Shown piece after piece: positions 13,243 to 23,632 of a stretch of DNA of 40,957 bases. The position numbers and the translations under genes are program-made. The stretch covers positions 26,277 to 67,233 of the forward strand of contig JBFLWW010000007.1 in assembly GCA_040757475.1 (NCBI GenBank), given 5' to 3'. This stretch comes from Nitrospirota bacterium (GTDB taxonomy: Bacteria > Nitrospirota > Thermodesulfovibrionia > Thermodesulfovibrionales > SM23-35). The stretch's first letter is position 1. Each line of letters starts with the position of its first letter. Under the pieces are notes generated by a model. It did no database searches and was not told the origin of the DNA. It saw nothing but the letters and a program-made list of their open reading frames with translations.

Positions 13243-14143
13243 ACGGTCTGACGTATTTAGTCTCCCATAATCTTTCAGCCAATCTTTCGAGATATTCTCT
13301 ATTTTCTAACCTGTCCTTCCACCTCCATGGTATCCCTTCTACACCATAACAAGCTCCTGCAATCGCACCAGTCATCGCTCCAATAGTATCAGCATCTCCC
13401 CCCAAGCTTACAGCATAAACAACAGAGCTTTCAAAATCAGAATTAGATAAAAAAGAATAAATTGCTGCTGGAACAGAATTAAAGGCCTCAATACTGTTTC
13501 CAAGTTTTTTAATAACCTCATCTCTCTTGGGATTTTTATCTAATAAACTTTCTATAGCCTCCAATCTATCTTGATAAGGTTTAAGCTTGACAAATTTCTT
13601 CAGCTCCCTTAAAAACTCGTATTTATTTAAACTTGAAGGTTTTAAGTTTACGGCTAAAGCAGCTGCATAAGCTTCCAGGGCTGCTCCCTCCATTGCTAAT
13701 TCATGAGTATGGGTGATTCTGCTCGATTGATAAGCGACAGCACGAAGTCTCTCAGGATCATCACAATAGAAAAGCCCAATCGGCGCTATCCTCATTGCAG
13801 CTCCATTACCGAATGAACCACCTAAATATATCTCTCTGTCAAGCATCTCGTTCCATTTTCTGCCAGATTTTATCATTCTGAAGATTCTCGGAGGTCCCCA
13901 TCCATAACCACGCCATGGCTCTCTTTCATAATTCTCAATAAATCTCTCTGCCATATGCTCTCCATCAAAACCCGTACATTCTATAAGAGATTCAGCAACC
14001 CCTATCATCATTGCTGTGTCATCTGTATATCTCGGTCCAATGTCTCCTACTTCCAGAAAGTCAAAAAATCCTTCTCTTCGGGCTCCTAACGAATCCCCTG
14101 TTGCTGTTCCAATCAAACAACCAATAAATTTTGAAAGTTCCAT
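13235..14143 (-). CDS. ADP-ribosylglycohydrolase (DraG/ARH family)
   Basis: GDSLG, YTDDT, GNGAAMRIAP, GGDADTIGAMTGAIAGA. Confidence 0.92.
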   Translation of the reverse strand: MELSKFIGCLIGTATGDSLGARREGFFDFLEVGDIGPRYTDDTAMMIGVAESLIECTGFDGEHMAERFIENYEREPWRGYGWGPPRIFRMIKSGRKWNEMLDREIYLGGSFGNGAAMRIAPIGLFYCDDPERLRAVAYQSSRITHTHELAMEGAALEAYAAALAVNLKPSSLNKYEFLRELKKFVKLKPYQDRLEAIESLLDKNPKRDEVIKKLGNSIEAFNSVPAAIYSFLSNSDFESSVVYAVSLGGDADTIGAMTGAIAGACYGVEGIPWRWKDRLENREYLERLAERLWETKYVRPYE

Positions 14144-14206
14144 TTTTGCCTCTTTTGTTCGTTACCTCTGCTGACCCAGAAGTCTCAGAATGCGGACAGA
14201 TAAAAC

Positions 14207-14243
14207 ACAGGGGGGATGGAGATGCATCTCCATCCCCCCCTGT
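14207..14243 (-). terminator. Intrinsic terminator after hsp20 (30-bp perfect palindrome)
   Basis: GGGGGGATGGAGATG|CATCTCCATCCCCCC at 14210-14239, followed on the minus strand by TGTGTTTT. Confidence 0.75.
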
Positions 14244-14250
14244 TAGTCAA

Positions 14251-14709
14251 TCAGGATACTTCAACCTTTATCTCCTTAGGCTTTGCCTCTTCCTTTTTCG
14301 GAAGGGTTATTTCGAGTATCCCATTCTTGAAAGTGGCCTTTGCCTTCGAGCTGTCAACCTCGGAAGGAAGGGCTATCGTCCGTGTGAAACTCCCGTAGCT
14401 CATTTCGCGGGAATAGTAGTCTTCTTCCTTGATCTCTTCTTCTTTCTTGACCTCACCTTTTATTGTGAGGTTATTCTCGGTGATTTTAAGGTCAATGTTC
14501 TCCTTTTCGACGCCAGGGAGCTCAGCCTTGACCACAATCTCGTTCTTCCTGTCATACATGTCCACATTAGGGACAACAACACCAGGTTCGAATCTGGGCC
14601 ATAGACGCCTTCTCCTTGGAGCTGGCTCAAAGAACTCCTCGAAGAGCCTCTCCATATCCCTCCTCATGCTCTCGAGCTCTTTAAAGGGACTCCATTTTAC
14701 AATGGACAT
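14251..14709 (-). CDS. Small heat shock protein (Hsp20/alpha-crystallin)
   Basis: AELPGV, YGSFTRTIALP, ATFKNGILEITLPK; SD AGGAGG before ATG 14709. Confidence 0.95.
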   Translation of the reverse strand: MSIVKWSPFKELESMRRDMERLFEEFFEPAPRRRRLWPRFEPGVVVPNVDMYDRKNEIVVKAELPGVEKENIDLKITENNLTIKGEVKKEEEIKEEDYYSREMSYGSFTRTIALPSEVDSSKAKATFKNGILEITLPKKEEAKPKEIKVEVS

Positions 14710-14747
14710 ATCTGACACCTCCTTTCTGCTTTCAGGCCTTCGGCCTG

Positions 14748-14801
14748 AGTTAATAGGTCATTGGTTATTAACTCATTGACTAATGACTATTGACCATTGA
14801 C
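14748..14801. repeat. 7-bp array (CATTGAC TAATGAC TATTGAC CATTGAC) plus a degenerate inverted arm, overlapping the clpB 3' end
   Basis: Units at 14774-14801; opposite arm GTTAATA GGTCATT GGTTATT. Confidence 0.75.
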
Positions 14802-17428
14802 TCCTCAGCAGTCACCTCCTTTTTAAACTTGATTTTATCTTCTTCAAAATCAACTTCAACTGTATCTCCTTCCTTGAATGTCGTGTCAAGGATTTTTAGT
14901 GAAAGGGGATTCAGTATCTCTCTCTGTAACGCCCTCTTTAATGGCCTCGCGCCATAAACAGGGTCAAAGCCTATCTCAGCAAAATATTCTTTGGCGCTAT
15001 CTGTTAGTTTTATATCAACATTCTTCTCCCTGATATATTTTTTCATTCTATTTACCTGTATCTCCACAATCTGTTTCAGGAGCTCCATGGTCAGAGGGTT
15101 AAAGACGATAATCTCATCAACTCTGTTCAGAAATTCCGGCCTGAAAAATGCCTTTAGGTCTTCCATAATCCTTTCCTTCAATTCAGCATTGTTACTGACC
15201 CAGTAAGCAGCAGGTCTCCTTACTCTTTCTTCGAGCATCTCGTGTATATGCGTGCTCCCTATATTTGATGTCATAATAACCACTGTATTTCTGAAATCAA
15301 CTGTCCTCCCATGGCTGTCAGTAAGCCGTCCATCATCGAGTAATTGAAGCAGAAGATTGAATACCTCTGGATGGGCCTTCTCGACCTCGTCAAACAGGAT
15401 TACAGAATAGGGCTTTCTCCTTACAGCCTCGGTGAGCTGGCCACCTTCTTCATAGCCTATATATCCTGGAGGTGCACCTATAAGCCTCGATACAGTATGC
15501 CGTTCCTGATATTCAGACATATCTATCCTTATCATTGCGTTTTCATCATCAAACAGAAATTCTGCAAGTGCCCTTGCCAGCTCTGTCTTCCCAACACCTG
15601 TAGGTCCTAAAAAGATAAAAGAGCCGATGGGTCTGTTGGGGTCTTGAATTCCTGCACGTGCCCTCCTGACCGCATTCGATACAGCCTCAATCGCCTCATT
15701 CTGTCCAACAACCCTTTGCTTTAACCGCTCATCCATGTGGAGCAGTTTCTGTACCTCACCCTCGAGCATCCGCGATACAGGTATTCCTGTCCATTTAGAA
15801 ACAACCTCTGCAATATCCTCTTCGTCTACCTCTTCCTTCAGCATCTTCCTTTTCTTTTGTGTCTCAAAAAGTCTTTTATTTTCCTCTTCGAGGGCCTTCT
15901 GAAGTTCGAGTAATCTTCCATATCTGAGTTCTGCTGCCTTTGTCAGGTCTCCTTCGCGCTCTGCCCTCTCTGACTCTATCTTTGTCTTCTCAATCTGCTC
16001 TTTATGTTCTCGTATCTTCGCTATAATTTCTTTTTCACTCATCCACTGAACCCTTAATTCATCACGTCTCACCTGAAGCTCAGCCATCTCCTTTATTATC
16101 TTTTCAAGCTTCTCTTTAGAATCTTTTGAATCCTCTCTCATCACTGCCTGCTTTTCTATCTCATGCTGCCTGAGTTTTCTTTCGATCTCATCGAGCTCTA
16201 CAGGCATACTGTCTATCTCCATCCTGAGTTTTGATGCAGACTCATCAATCAGGTCTATTGCCTTATCGGGGAGGAATCTGTCTGTTATATATCTGTTTGA
16301 GAGCACTGCTGCAGATATTAATGCTGAGTCCTTAATCTTGACACCATGATGAACCTCGTATCTCTCCTTAAGACCACGCAGGATTGATATTGTGTCTTCA
16401 ACAGTCGGCTCCTTGATAAGGACAGGCTGGAACCTTCTTTCGAGTGCAGGGTCTTTTTCTATATGTTTTCTGTATTCATCAATGGTTGTTGCGCCAACAC
16501 ACCTCAGGTCTCCCTTTGCGAGGGCTGGTTTAAGCATGTTCGATGCATCAATAGCACCCTCTGCTGCACCAGCACCAACAAGGGTGTGAAGCTCATCTAT
16601 GAATAAAATAACCTTTCCCTCTGCCTGTTCAATATCCTTCAGAACTGCCTTTAATCTCTCTTCAAATTCTCCCCTGAATTTCGAACCAGCAACAATTGCA
16701 CCCATGTCGAGTGCAACTACTTTTTTATCCTTTAATGTCTCAGGCACATCACCTGCAACTATCCTTTGTGCAAGCCCCTCTGCAATAGCGGTCTTACCAA
16801 CACCAGGCTCACCAATAAGCACAGGATTATTCTTTGTCCTCCTCGAAAGTACCTGTATTATCCTCCTTATCTCGTCATCCCTCCCAATCACAGGGTCAAG
16901 CTTTCCTTTTCTTGCAAGTTCTGTCAGGTCACGGCTGTATCTCTTAAGTGCCTGATATTTCTCTTCAGGTGTAGGGTCTATCACACGCTGTGCACCTCTT
17001 ATCTCTCTCATGGCTGAAAGGACTCTATCAGCAGTCGCCCCATATCTTTTTAAGAGATCTGAACATGGCCCACCTATTGATATAAGTGCAATAAGAAGAT
17101 GTTCAACACTCACATATTCATCTGTGAGGTGTTCTGCCTCTTTTGTGGCATTTTCGAATACCTCTCTCATCCTTGGCGATATATAAATCTGTCCTAATGG
17201 TGTCGCACCAATAACCTTTGGGAATTTCTCTATCGCCTCTTCAACATCCTGCTGTAGTGCCTTTATATTAATCCCAAGCCTCTTAAGTATCTGAGAGGCC
17301 ACACCCTCATCATCTTCGAGTAGTGCCCAGAGCAGATGCTCAGCATCAAGCTGCTGATTGCCCTTTCTCTCTGCAAGCCTCTGTGCTGTCTGTATTGCCT
17401 CCTGACTTTTTATAGTAAGTTTATCCAT
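14780..17428 (-). CDS. clpB: Chaperone ClpB
   Basis: Two AAA+ modules ([16 protein letters not shown]), long coiled-coil middle domain with [16 protein letters not shown]. Confidence 0.97.
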   Translation of the reverse strand: MDKLTIKSQEAIQTAQRLAERKGNQQLDAEHLLWALLEDDEGVASQILKRLGINIKALQQDVEEAIEKFPKVIGATPLGQIYISPRMREVFENATKEAEHLTDEYVSVEHLLIALISIGGPCSDLLKRYGATADRVLSAMREIRGAQRVIDPTPEEKYQALKRYSRDLTELARKGKLDPVIGRDDEIRRIIQVLSRRTKNNPVLIGEPGVGKTAIAEGLAQRIVAGDVPETLKDKKVVALDMGAIVAGSKFRGEFEERLKAVLKDIEQAEGKVILFIDELHTLVGAGAAEGAIDASNMLKPALAKGDLRCVGATTIDEYRKHIEKDPALERRFQPVLIKEPTVEDTISILRGLKERYEVHHGVKIKDSALISAAVLSNRYITDRFLPDKAIDLIDESASKLRMEIDSMPVELDEIERKLRQHEIEKQAVMREDSKDSKEKLEKIIKEMAELQVRRDELRVQWMSEKEIIAKIREHKEQIEKTKIESERAEREGDLTKAAELRYGRLLELQKALEEENKRLFETQKKRKMLKEEVDEEDIAEVVSKWTGIPVSRMLEGEVQKLLHMDERLKQRVVGQNEAIEAVSNAVRRARAGIQDPNRPIGSFIFLGPTGVGKTELARALAEFLFDDENAMIRIDMSEYQERHTVSRLIGAPPGYIGYEEGGQLTEAVRRKPYSVILFDEVEKAHPEVFNLLLQLLDDGRLTDSHGRTVDFRNTVVIMTSNIGSTHIHEMLEERVRRPAAYWVSNNAELKERIMEDLKAFFRPEFLNRVDEIIVFNPLTMELLKQIVEIQVNRMKKYIREKNVDIKLTDSAKEYFAEIGFDPVYGARPLKRALQREILNPLSLKILDTTFKEGDTVEVDFEEDKIKFKKEVTAEESMVNSH

Positions 17429-17429
17429 A

Positions 17430-17777
17430 TTACTCCTCCATTAATACCTTTCTGAGCCTCTCAGCAAAATCCTTTCTTATGTCATCTTCAAGCATATTCA
17501 TCATCTCTTCAATCTCTTTCTGCATTGCCTCGAGCCTGTGTTTCATCCGGAGTATTACCTCGACTCCTGCCTTGTTTACTCCGAGTTCTCTTGTGAGCCT
17601 GAGAATCATACCGAGCCTCTCTACATCTTCTTCTGAATAAAGCCTCAGCCTCTTTGTTCGCCTGGGCGTTACAAGACCTTCTCTCTCGTATAACCTTAGG
17701 GTCTGTGGATGAACATTCAGCATCTCAGCCACAACACTTATCATATACAAAGGTTGTTTTTTATCTTTTATAGCCAT
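17430..17777 (-). CDS. hspR: MerR-family heat shock repressor HspR
   Basis: [33 protein letters not shown]; between dnaJ and clpB; HAIR-like operator upstream. Confidence 0.88.
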   Translation of the reverse strand: MAIKDKKQPLYMISVVAEMLNVHPQTLRLYEREGLVTPRRTKRLRLYSEEDVERLGMILRLTRELGVNKAGVEVILRMKHRLEAMQKEIEEMMNMLEDDIRKDFAERLRKVLMEE

Positions 17778-18868
17778 TATCTTCTCACCATCCCCTTTCG
17801 AGGGTCTTCCCTGTAAAGGGCCTCTATATCTTTTATAGTCTCTTTTCCCTTAGCTGTAATATCCTTTGGCACAACTATCTTTATATCTATATACTGGTTT
17901 CCCCTCACCCCGGTCTTTGGTGCTGGAAAACCCTTTCCTGAGAGCTTAAACCTCTGTCCTCCCTGTGTTCCGGGAGGGATAGTCATCGCTGCAATCCCAT
18001 CTATTGTTGGAACCTCTACCTTTGCTCCGAGTGCTGCCTCGCCAAAGGTTACAGGGAGGTCGAGATAAATGTCATCCCCCTTTCTTGTAAATATTGGATG
18101 TTGTTTTACAGTAATCTCTATATAGAGGTCTCCTGAGGGACCACTGCCTATACCAGCACCCCCCATACCCCTGAGCTTGACCCTCGAACCTGTATCAACC
18201 CCAGCAGGTATCTTTACTTTCACTGTTTCTGTCTGTAAAGTCTTCCCCCTTCCTCCACAGGAATGGCAGACCCTTGTTACCTTTCTTCCTGTTCCTCTAC
18301 AATCTGGACACAACTGTGACATCCTGAAGAACCCTTTTGAGGTCTTTATGCTTCCTGTACCCTTACATATGCCACATATCTGTGATGACTCTGCCCCTGA
18401 ACCACTACAAGACCTGCATGTGACTTCTCTATTAAATGTGAGTGGTCTTGTTACGCCGGAGAATGCCTCCTCTAAAGAAAGTTCAATGCCCATGGCCATA
18501 TCAGGCCCCTTTGCATGTGCAGTCTCGGGTCTTGCCTTTGTGCCGAAGAGGTCTGAGAAGACATCTCTGAAATCGCCAAAATCAAAGGTGTCTCTGAAAT
18601 CATAGGTCCTAAACCCTTCAAACCATGGGCCTCTACCTTCAAATGGAGAATGGCCAAACTGGTCGTATTCGGCCTTCTTCTTTTGGTCGCTTAAGACCTC
18701 GTATGCCTCATTCAGCTCTTTGAACTTCTGCTCTGCAACCTTGTTCCCCGGGTTCAGGTCAGGGTGATATTTACGCGCAAGCTTCCTATACGCCTTCTTT
18801 ATCTCATCCTGAGAGGCATTCTTGCTTACTCCGAGTATCTCATAATAATCCTTCACACCAGCAGCCAC
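17777..18868 (-). CDS. dnaJ: Chaperone DnaJ
   Basis: J domain with HPD, G/F region, four CxxCxGxG repeats. Confidence 0.95.
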   Translation of the reverse strand: MAAGVKDYYEILGVSKNASQDEIKKAYRKLARKYHPDLNPGNKVAEQKFKELNEAYEVLSDQKKKAEYDQFGHSPFEGRGPWFEGFRTYDFRDTFDFGDFRDVFSDLFGTKARPETAHAKGPDMAMGIELSLEEAFSGVTRPLTFNREVTCRSCSGSGAESSQICGICKGTGSIKTSKGFFRMSQLCPDCRGTGRKVTRVCHSCGGRGKTLQTETVKVKIPAGVDTGSRVKLRGMGGAGIGSGPSGDLYIEITVKQHPIFTRKGDDIYLDLPVTFGEAALGAKVEVPTIDGIAAMTIPPGTQGGQRFKLSGKGFPAPKTGVRGNQYIDIKIVVPKDITAKGKETIKDIEALYREDPRKGMVRR

Positions 18869-18889
18869 CTTTCCTCCTTAGTTATTCAT

Positions 18890-18919
18890 ATAATATCATT
18901 TGAGTAGACTTTTGTCAAG
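18890..18919 (-). promoter_or_regulatory. Sigma70 promoter overlapped by a HAIR-like HspR operator
   Basis: Minus strand TTGACA-17 nt-TATTAT; CTTGACA-N7-ACTCAAA (18899-18919) resembles HAIR CTTGAGT-N7-ACTCAAG. Confidence 0.85.
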
Positions 18920-19001
18920 TATTTTGTTATGATAAGCATAAATAAAAAGCTCTAAGGATTGCCACGTGGCTGAGGCACCTTAATCCTGATTTAAGATTCA
19001 T

Positions 19002-19811
19002 CTAATATACAATCCTTTCCAGAAAAAGGCCGTTTGCAGGAGCAGTTGGCCCAGCGAGCCTCCTGTTATGTGATTTTAGAATCTCCTCTATCCTGTCTGC
19101 AGGTATCTTCCCTCTTCCAATCTCAACAAGGGTGCCTGCGATATTCCTGACCATATGCCTGAGGAAACCATTCGCCTCTATTCTTATCTTTATGAATTCG
19201 CCTTTTATGCTCGCAGTCATAAAATCAAGCCTCTCAAACCTTTCTATACTCAGAGAAAAAATCTCCCTGACAGGATTCCTTGAACTACTGCCTGCACCTC
19301 TAAAAGAAGAGAAATCATGTGTGCCAATGAGTACCTCTCCTGCCTTTTTCATAGATTTCATTTCAAGAGGTTGCTGAACCATCCATGTATATCTGTGAAG
19401 AAATGCTGAGGATTCTCTCTGGTTCGCAATGATATAGAAGTAGGTTTTTTTGACAGCATCATGCCTTGGATGAAATGAATCATCAACCTCAGATACCTTA
19501 AGAACCTTGATATCCTGAGGTAGGAGTGCATTCAGCGCCCTTTTTATCGTCTCAGGGGTAAGCCTCGATTCTGTCCTGAATGCAGCCACCTGTCCGAGTG
19601 CGTGCACACCCGCATCTGTTCTGCTTGCACCGATAACCTTTGCATCTTCACCGGTTATTTTCTTAATCGTCTCCTCAAGAACCCCCTGGATTGTAGGAAC
19701 AGTCCTTTGACTTCTAACTTCTGACTTCTCACTTTTGACTTCTGATCTTTGCGCCTGCCAGCCCTGATAGGCTGTGCCGTCATATTCAAGGAGAAGCTTA
19801 ATCTTTTTCAT
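19002..19811 (-). CDS. truA: tRNA pseudouridine(38-40) synthase with a 14-aa repeat-derived insertion
   Basis: YDGTAYQGWQ, ASRTDAGVHA, GFLRHMVR, GPTAPANGLFL. Confidence 0.97.
   Translation of the reverse strand: MKKIKLLLEYDGTAYQGWQAQRSEVKSEKSEVRSQRTVPTIQGVLEETIKKITGEDAKVIGASRTDAGVHALGQVAAFRTESRLTPETIKRALNALLPQDIKVLKVSEVDDSFHPRHDAVKKTYFYIIANQRESSAFLHRYTWMVQQPLEMKSMKKAGEVLIGTHDFSSFRGAGSSSRNPVREIFSLSIERFERLDFMTASIKGEFIKIRIEANGFLRHMVRNIAGTLVEIGRGKIPADRIEEILKSHNRRLAGPTAPANGLFLERIVY
19706..19747. repeat. Six 7-bp units in frame within truA
   Basis: TTTGACT TCTAACT TCTGACT TCTCACT TTTGACT TCTGATC = 42 nt, encoding RSEVKSEKSEVRSQ. Confidence 0.9.
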
Positions 19812-19886
19812 TTGTCATGATTTTCATTTAAACCGGTTTTTAAGTCAAGTGCTCTTAGTTTCTGGTAAAATATTAAGGGAGATAAA

Positions 19887-20957
19887 ATGATAGACATTGA
19901 AGCCCTCACCTTCCAGATTAAGAGAAACTGCAATATCTCTGATGCAAAATACTGGGGGACTTATTCTATATGTGGCCTCCTGCTTAGACTCAGGGAGCTA
20001 TATCGTACTGAAAAGGGCATAAAGCCGTGGGAAAGGATTCCACAAAAAGAGATTGGTGAGTGGATATCAGAAAGAGAAGCCCTGTGGCGAGAGCTTGAAG
20101 ATAAAGACTTTGGCGATATTATTATTGAGGGGAATGTATATGGCCCATTCGAGGGCGAAAAGATAAATGCTACATTAGAGAAAGAAAACCTTATCTATGG
20201 TGCTGGCTATGGTACCCATATGAAGCCTTCTTTTTTCCTTGCAGACCTTATATCTAAAGAAACAGTGGAAGGCTATGATATTTATATGGCTGGCAGAGAA
20301 TATGTTAGAGACCTATCAGATTATCCGGCAATGTTACAGGGCAAAACTATCTTAGCGAGGAGAGACACGACAAGATTACTCCTGTGGGGGAAATTCGAGG
20401 AATTAAGACTTAGGGGGTTGAAAGGGGCTCTTGCATTCGCATTTTCGAGATACGGCATTACACCTGATGAAGAACCATCAGAGGATATTGACAGGCTGAT
20501 TTCTCTGATTGCATGTTCTGAGGTAGAAATATACATCCATCATGAGCTGGGTGAAGGGTTTGAAGGAGAAAGATTTGGAGGTGAATGGAAGGTATTTCTG
20601 ACACATCTATCATGCAGCAGGGCAGAACTCTTTGCCCGCGGGGTTAAAGACCTCCTCTCAGATACCTCTGAAAAAGGCATGCTGAGGCACATCATTGAAA
20701 ACAGGAAAGAAGGTTCGCTCGGTTTTTATATCGTATTCCTCGGAGGTTACAGGAGGCTTCTATTTCCTGAAATCCTGAGCACATTCGAGAGGTTTGTTGA
20801 GACAGGAGACTGGGGGCCTATTGAGGATGCCCGAAAGGCTGGTCACAGAAAGGCCGAAGAATATGTAGAAAGACTGATTTCGATATACAGGAACGAACCT
20901 GATAAGACACAGATTTCAGAACGAATCGAGGCTGAAATACTCAGGGGATTACTTTAA
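19887..20957 (+). CDS. Conserved hypothetical protein (resembles the Sfum_1244 family)
   Basis: 356-aa ORF with SD; NCNISDA...YSICGLLLRLR N-terminus and HHELGE motif; family call is from recall. Confidence 0.7.
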   Translation: MIDIEALTFQIKRNCNISDAKYWGTYSICGLLLRLRELYRTEKGIKPWERIPQKEIGEWISEREALWRELEDKDFGDIIIEGNVYGPFEGEKINATLEKENLIYGAGYGTHMKPSFFLADLISKETVEGYDIYMAGREYVRDLSDYPAMLQGKTILARRDTTRLLLWGKFEELRLRGLKGALAFAFSRYGITPDEEPSEDIDRLISLIACSEVEIYIHHELGEGFEGERFGGEWKVFLTHLSCSRAELFARGVKDLLSDTSEKGMLRHIIENRKEGSLGFYIVFLGGYRRLLFPEILSTFERFVETGDWGPIEDARKAGHRKAEEYVERLISIYRNEPDKTQISERIEAEILRGLL

Positions 20958-22223
20958 GTCTTCAGGAGCGATATTATTGACAAAGATGTCGACCAGCTCA
21001 GGGTCAAGCTGGGTTCCTGCATTGCGTTTCAGTTCTTCTATCGCCTCGTCAAAGCTGACACACAATCTATATGAAGTACCGCTCATCATTGTGTCAAATG
21101 CCTCTGCTATTGCTATTATCCTTGCCTCAAGGGGGATGGCCTCTCCCATGAGTTTTGTTGGATAGCCAGAACCGTCATATCTTTCATGATGATAGAGGAT
21201 AAAGGGAGCGGTATCAGCATAAAAATTAATAGGCCTGATCATCTCATATCCGATAACAGGATGTTTCATAAACTCCTCCTTGTTGAAATAATCCTCAGGT
21301 CTTATCTTCAAAAATCCTACATCGTGTAGTAGACATGCGAAATACAACCTTCTTTTTTCTTCATCAGACATATTAATCGCCCTTGCCATTATATTGCTAT
21401 ACCTTGCGACCCTCTTTGAATGCCCTCTTTTTTCAGGGATGTGATAATCAATAGCCTCGACGAGTATATCTGTGAGATATATCTCGTAATTCTTTTCATC
21501 CTCATAAAATTTTGCCCTGTCAATTGCTATAGCAGCCTGATCAGCAAAGTAGGATATGATTTCTACATCCTCCGGGGTGAATGGACCAGAGGTCTTGTTC
21601 AACAGCTCGAGCACTCCGATAACTCCAGTGCTTATTCTTAATGGCACGCAGAGTATGGATCGGGTTTCATACCCTGTCAGCCCATCTATCATAGAGCTGA
21701 ACCGTTTATCATGTTTGACATCATTCACAATGAGGGGTTCTCCTCTTTGCACAACCCAGCCTGCTATCCCCTCGGTTTTCGGCATTGAGACGCCAATCAG
21801 CTGCTTGCTGCCTCCTCCGCGCACAATTTTAAAGACAAGTTTGTCTTTATCAATTAACATGATAGAACCTGCATCAGCACTGGCAATAACAGCTGCATGC
21901 CCCAATATCTTCTCTAACAGGATATCCCCGTATTTTTCCTCCCTTATATCCAGTGTTAAATTCAGCATGCGGTCAAGCTTGTTGGTGTAAGTCTCTATCT
22001 CTTCTATTGCCTGCTTCGAAATCTTATTTGATAAATAAAGACCTGTAAGGATTAAAAGCGCAATTATTGAGAGCATAGCTACAATGGAAGGGGTCCTGAT
22101 AAAGTCCCATGCATAATATAAGAAACGGACTACCAGAAAAAGCAATACATAGACAATAAAGGTTACGATATAATTGAGTATCCTGATTTTTTCCTCAATA
22201 TCTTTTATTACTTCTTTTCTCAT
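20949..22223 (-). CDS. Membrane-anchored GAF + HD-GYP protein (putative c-di-GMP phosphodiesterase)
   Basis: Two N-terminal TM helices, GAF (GIAGWV, SILCVPL), HSKRV, LLHDVG, HHERYDGSGYP. Confidence 0.88.
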   Translation of the reverse strand: MRKEVIKDIEEKIRILNYIVTFIVYVLLFLVVRFLYYAWDFIRTPSIVAMLSIIALLILTGLYLSNKISKQAIEEIETYTNKLDRMLNLTLDIREEKYGDILLEKILGHAAVIASADAGSIMLIDKDKLVFKIVRGGGSKQLIGVSMPKTEGIAGWVVQRGEPLIVNDVKHDKRFSSMIDGLTGYETRSILCVPLRISTGVIGVLELLNKTSGPFTPEDVEIISYFADQAAIAIDRAKFYEDEKNYEIYLTDILVEAIDYHIPEKRGHSKRVARYSNIMARAINMSDEEKRRLYFACLLHDVGFLKIRPEDYFNKEEFMKHPVIGYEMIRPINFYADTAPFILYHHERYDGSGYPTKLMGEAIPLEARIIAIAEAFDTMMSGTSYRLCVSFDEAIEELKRNAGTQLDPELVDIFVNNIAPEDLK

Positions 22224-22295
22224 ACAGCACCTCCCTTAAAAAGCTTATCATATTTTCAGCATTATTAAAACAATTTTTAAAAATTTCAAATTATC

Positions 22296-22324
22296 TTGAA
22301 TAATCCACAGCTTAAGGTTAGAAT
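22296..22324 (+). promoter_or_regulatory. Sigma70 promoter of hisD, 9 nt before the ATG
   Basis: TTGAAT-17 nt-TAGAAT, no clear SD. Confidence 0.6.
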
Positions 22325-22333
22325 TAGCTGAGC

Positions 22334-23632
22334 ATGAGAATTGTAAAGAGCAATAAAGACATGCTGACCTTCTATAAAATACTGAAGGGGCGATCCATCA
22401 ACAGCCCGGAGATAGAAAAAAATGTAAAGACAATACTTGACGATGTAAGGAGAAATGGTGACAGGGCACTCCTAAAATACACGAGGGCCTTTGATTTCCA
22501 GAAGGCAAAAGAATTGAAAATAAAGCCTAATGAGATATCAAGGTATGCAGGAAAGGCGGATAGAAAAGTAGTAAGGGCACTTAAACTCTCTGCAAAAAGG
22601 ATAAGGGCATTTCATGAGATGCAGAAAGAGGAATCCTGGTTCGTCAGAGATCCAGAGTATCGAAGATTTTCCCCTCACACTTTCCTCGGGCAGGTGATAA
22701 GGCCGATTGAGAGGGTTGGTGTATATGTGCCTGGAGGCAAGGCATCATATCCATCAACAGTATTGATGAATGTTATACCTGCACAGGTGGCTGGTGTTAA
22801 AGAAATTGCCCTTTGTGTGCCAACCCCGGAAGGTGAGATTAATCCGTATGTGATGGCTGCAATAAAATTGCTCGGAGTTAAAGAGGTCTACAGGATTGGT
22901 GGTGCACAGGCGATCGGAGCAATGGCATATGGGACAGAGATGATAAAGAGGGTTGATAAGATTGTGGGGCCAGGCAATATCTATGTCGCAACAGCAAAAA
23001 GGCTTGTCTTTGGAGAGGTGGATATTGATATAATTGCAGGACCGAGCGAGATCCTGATTATTGCAGATGATTCAGCAAACCCGGCATTTGTTGCAGCAGA
23101 TCTGCTCAGCCAGGCAGAGCATGACGAGCTTGCATTATCAGTATTAATCACCGATTCTAAGAGACTGGCAGATGCTGTTGATAAAGAGCTAATAGGACAA
23201 CTCGCAAAGCTAAAGAGGAGAGAGATTGTGAGGAAGTCCATTGATAACTATGGAGCGATAATAATCACAAAGGATATAAAAGATGCTGTTGAATTATCTA
23301 ATCATATCGCACCTGAGCACCTCGAAGTTATGACCAAAAACCCTATGGATGTTTTACCCATGATTAAAAATGCTGGTGCAATATTCTTAGGAGAGTGGAC
23401 CCCTGAGCCATTAGGTGATTACTCAGCAGGTCCGAACCATACCCTTCCAACAGGAGGGACTGCGAGATTTTCATCTCCACTTGGAGTCTATGATTTTGTC
23501 AAGCGCTCAAGTCTTATATCATTTACAAAGGAAGGCTTTATAAAACTCGCAGGGACTGTCGAGGCCCTCGCAGACATTGAGGGCTTAGAGGCTCATGGAA
23601 ATACAATAAGAATAAGAAAGGAGAAGAAATAA
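22334..23632 (+). CDS. hisD: Histidinol dehydrogenase
   Basis: GVYVPGG, GPGNIYV, AGPSE, SQAEHD, APEHLE, GPNHTLPT. Confidence 0.98.
   Translation: MRIVKSNKDMLTFYKILKGRSINSPEIEKNVKTILDDVRRNGDRALLKYTRAFDFQKAKELKIKPNEISRYAGKADRKVVRALKLSAKRIRAFHEMQKEESWFVRDPEYRRFSPHTFLGQVIRPIERVGVYVPGGKASYPSTVLMNVIPAQVAGVKEIALCVPTPEGEINPYVMAAIKLLGVKEVYRIGGAQAIGAMAYGTEMIKRVDKIVGPGNIYVATAKRLVFGEVDIDIIAGPSEILIIADDSANPAFVAADLLSQAEHDELALSVLITDSKRLADAVDKELIGQLAKLKRREIVRKSIDNYGAIIITKDIKDAVELSNHIAPEHLEVMTKNPMDVLPMIKNAGAIFLGEWTPEPLGDYSAGPNHTLPTGGTARFSSPLGVYDFVKRSSLISFTKEGFIKLAGTVEALADIEGLEAHGNTIRIRKEKK

Noticed and set aside
14732-14748. Hairpin TCAGGCC-TTC-GGCCTGA as an RNA thermometer for hsp20
   Set aside because: The stem does not include the SD sequence.
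14131-14779. Plus-strand ORFs opposite hsp20, and similar antisense ORFs within dnaA, gyrA/B, clpB, dnaJ and others
   Set aside because: Shadow frames of well-supported genes.
18958-18973. GCCACGTGGC palindrome as a parS site
   Set aside because: Only the CACGTG core matches; the flanks do not fit TGTTNCACGTGAAACA.
22635-22690. Slightly long loop in HisD (VRDPEYRRFSPHT) as another heptamer insert
   Set aside because: No clear 7-bp periodicity, and the region is naturally variable.
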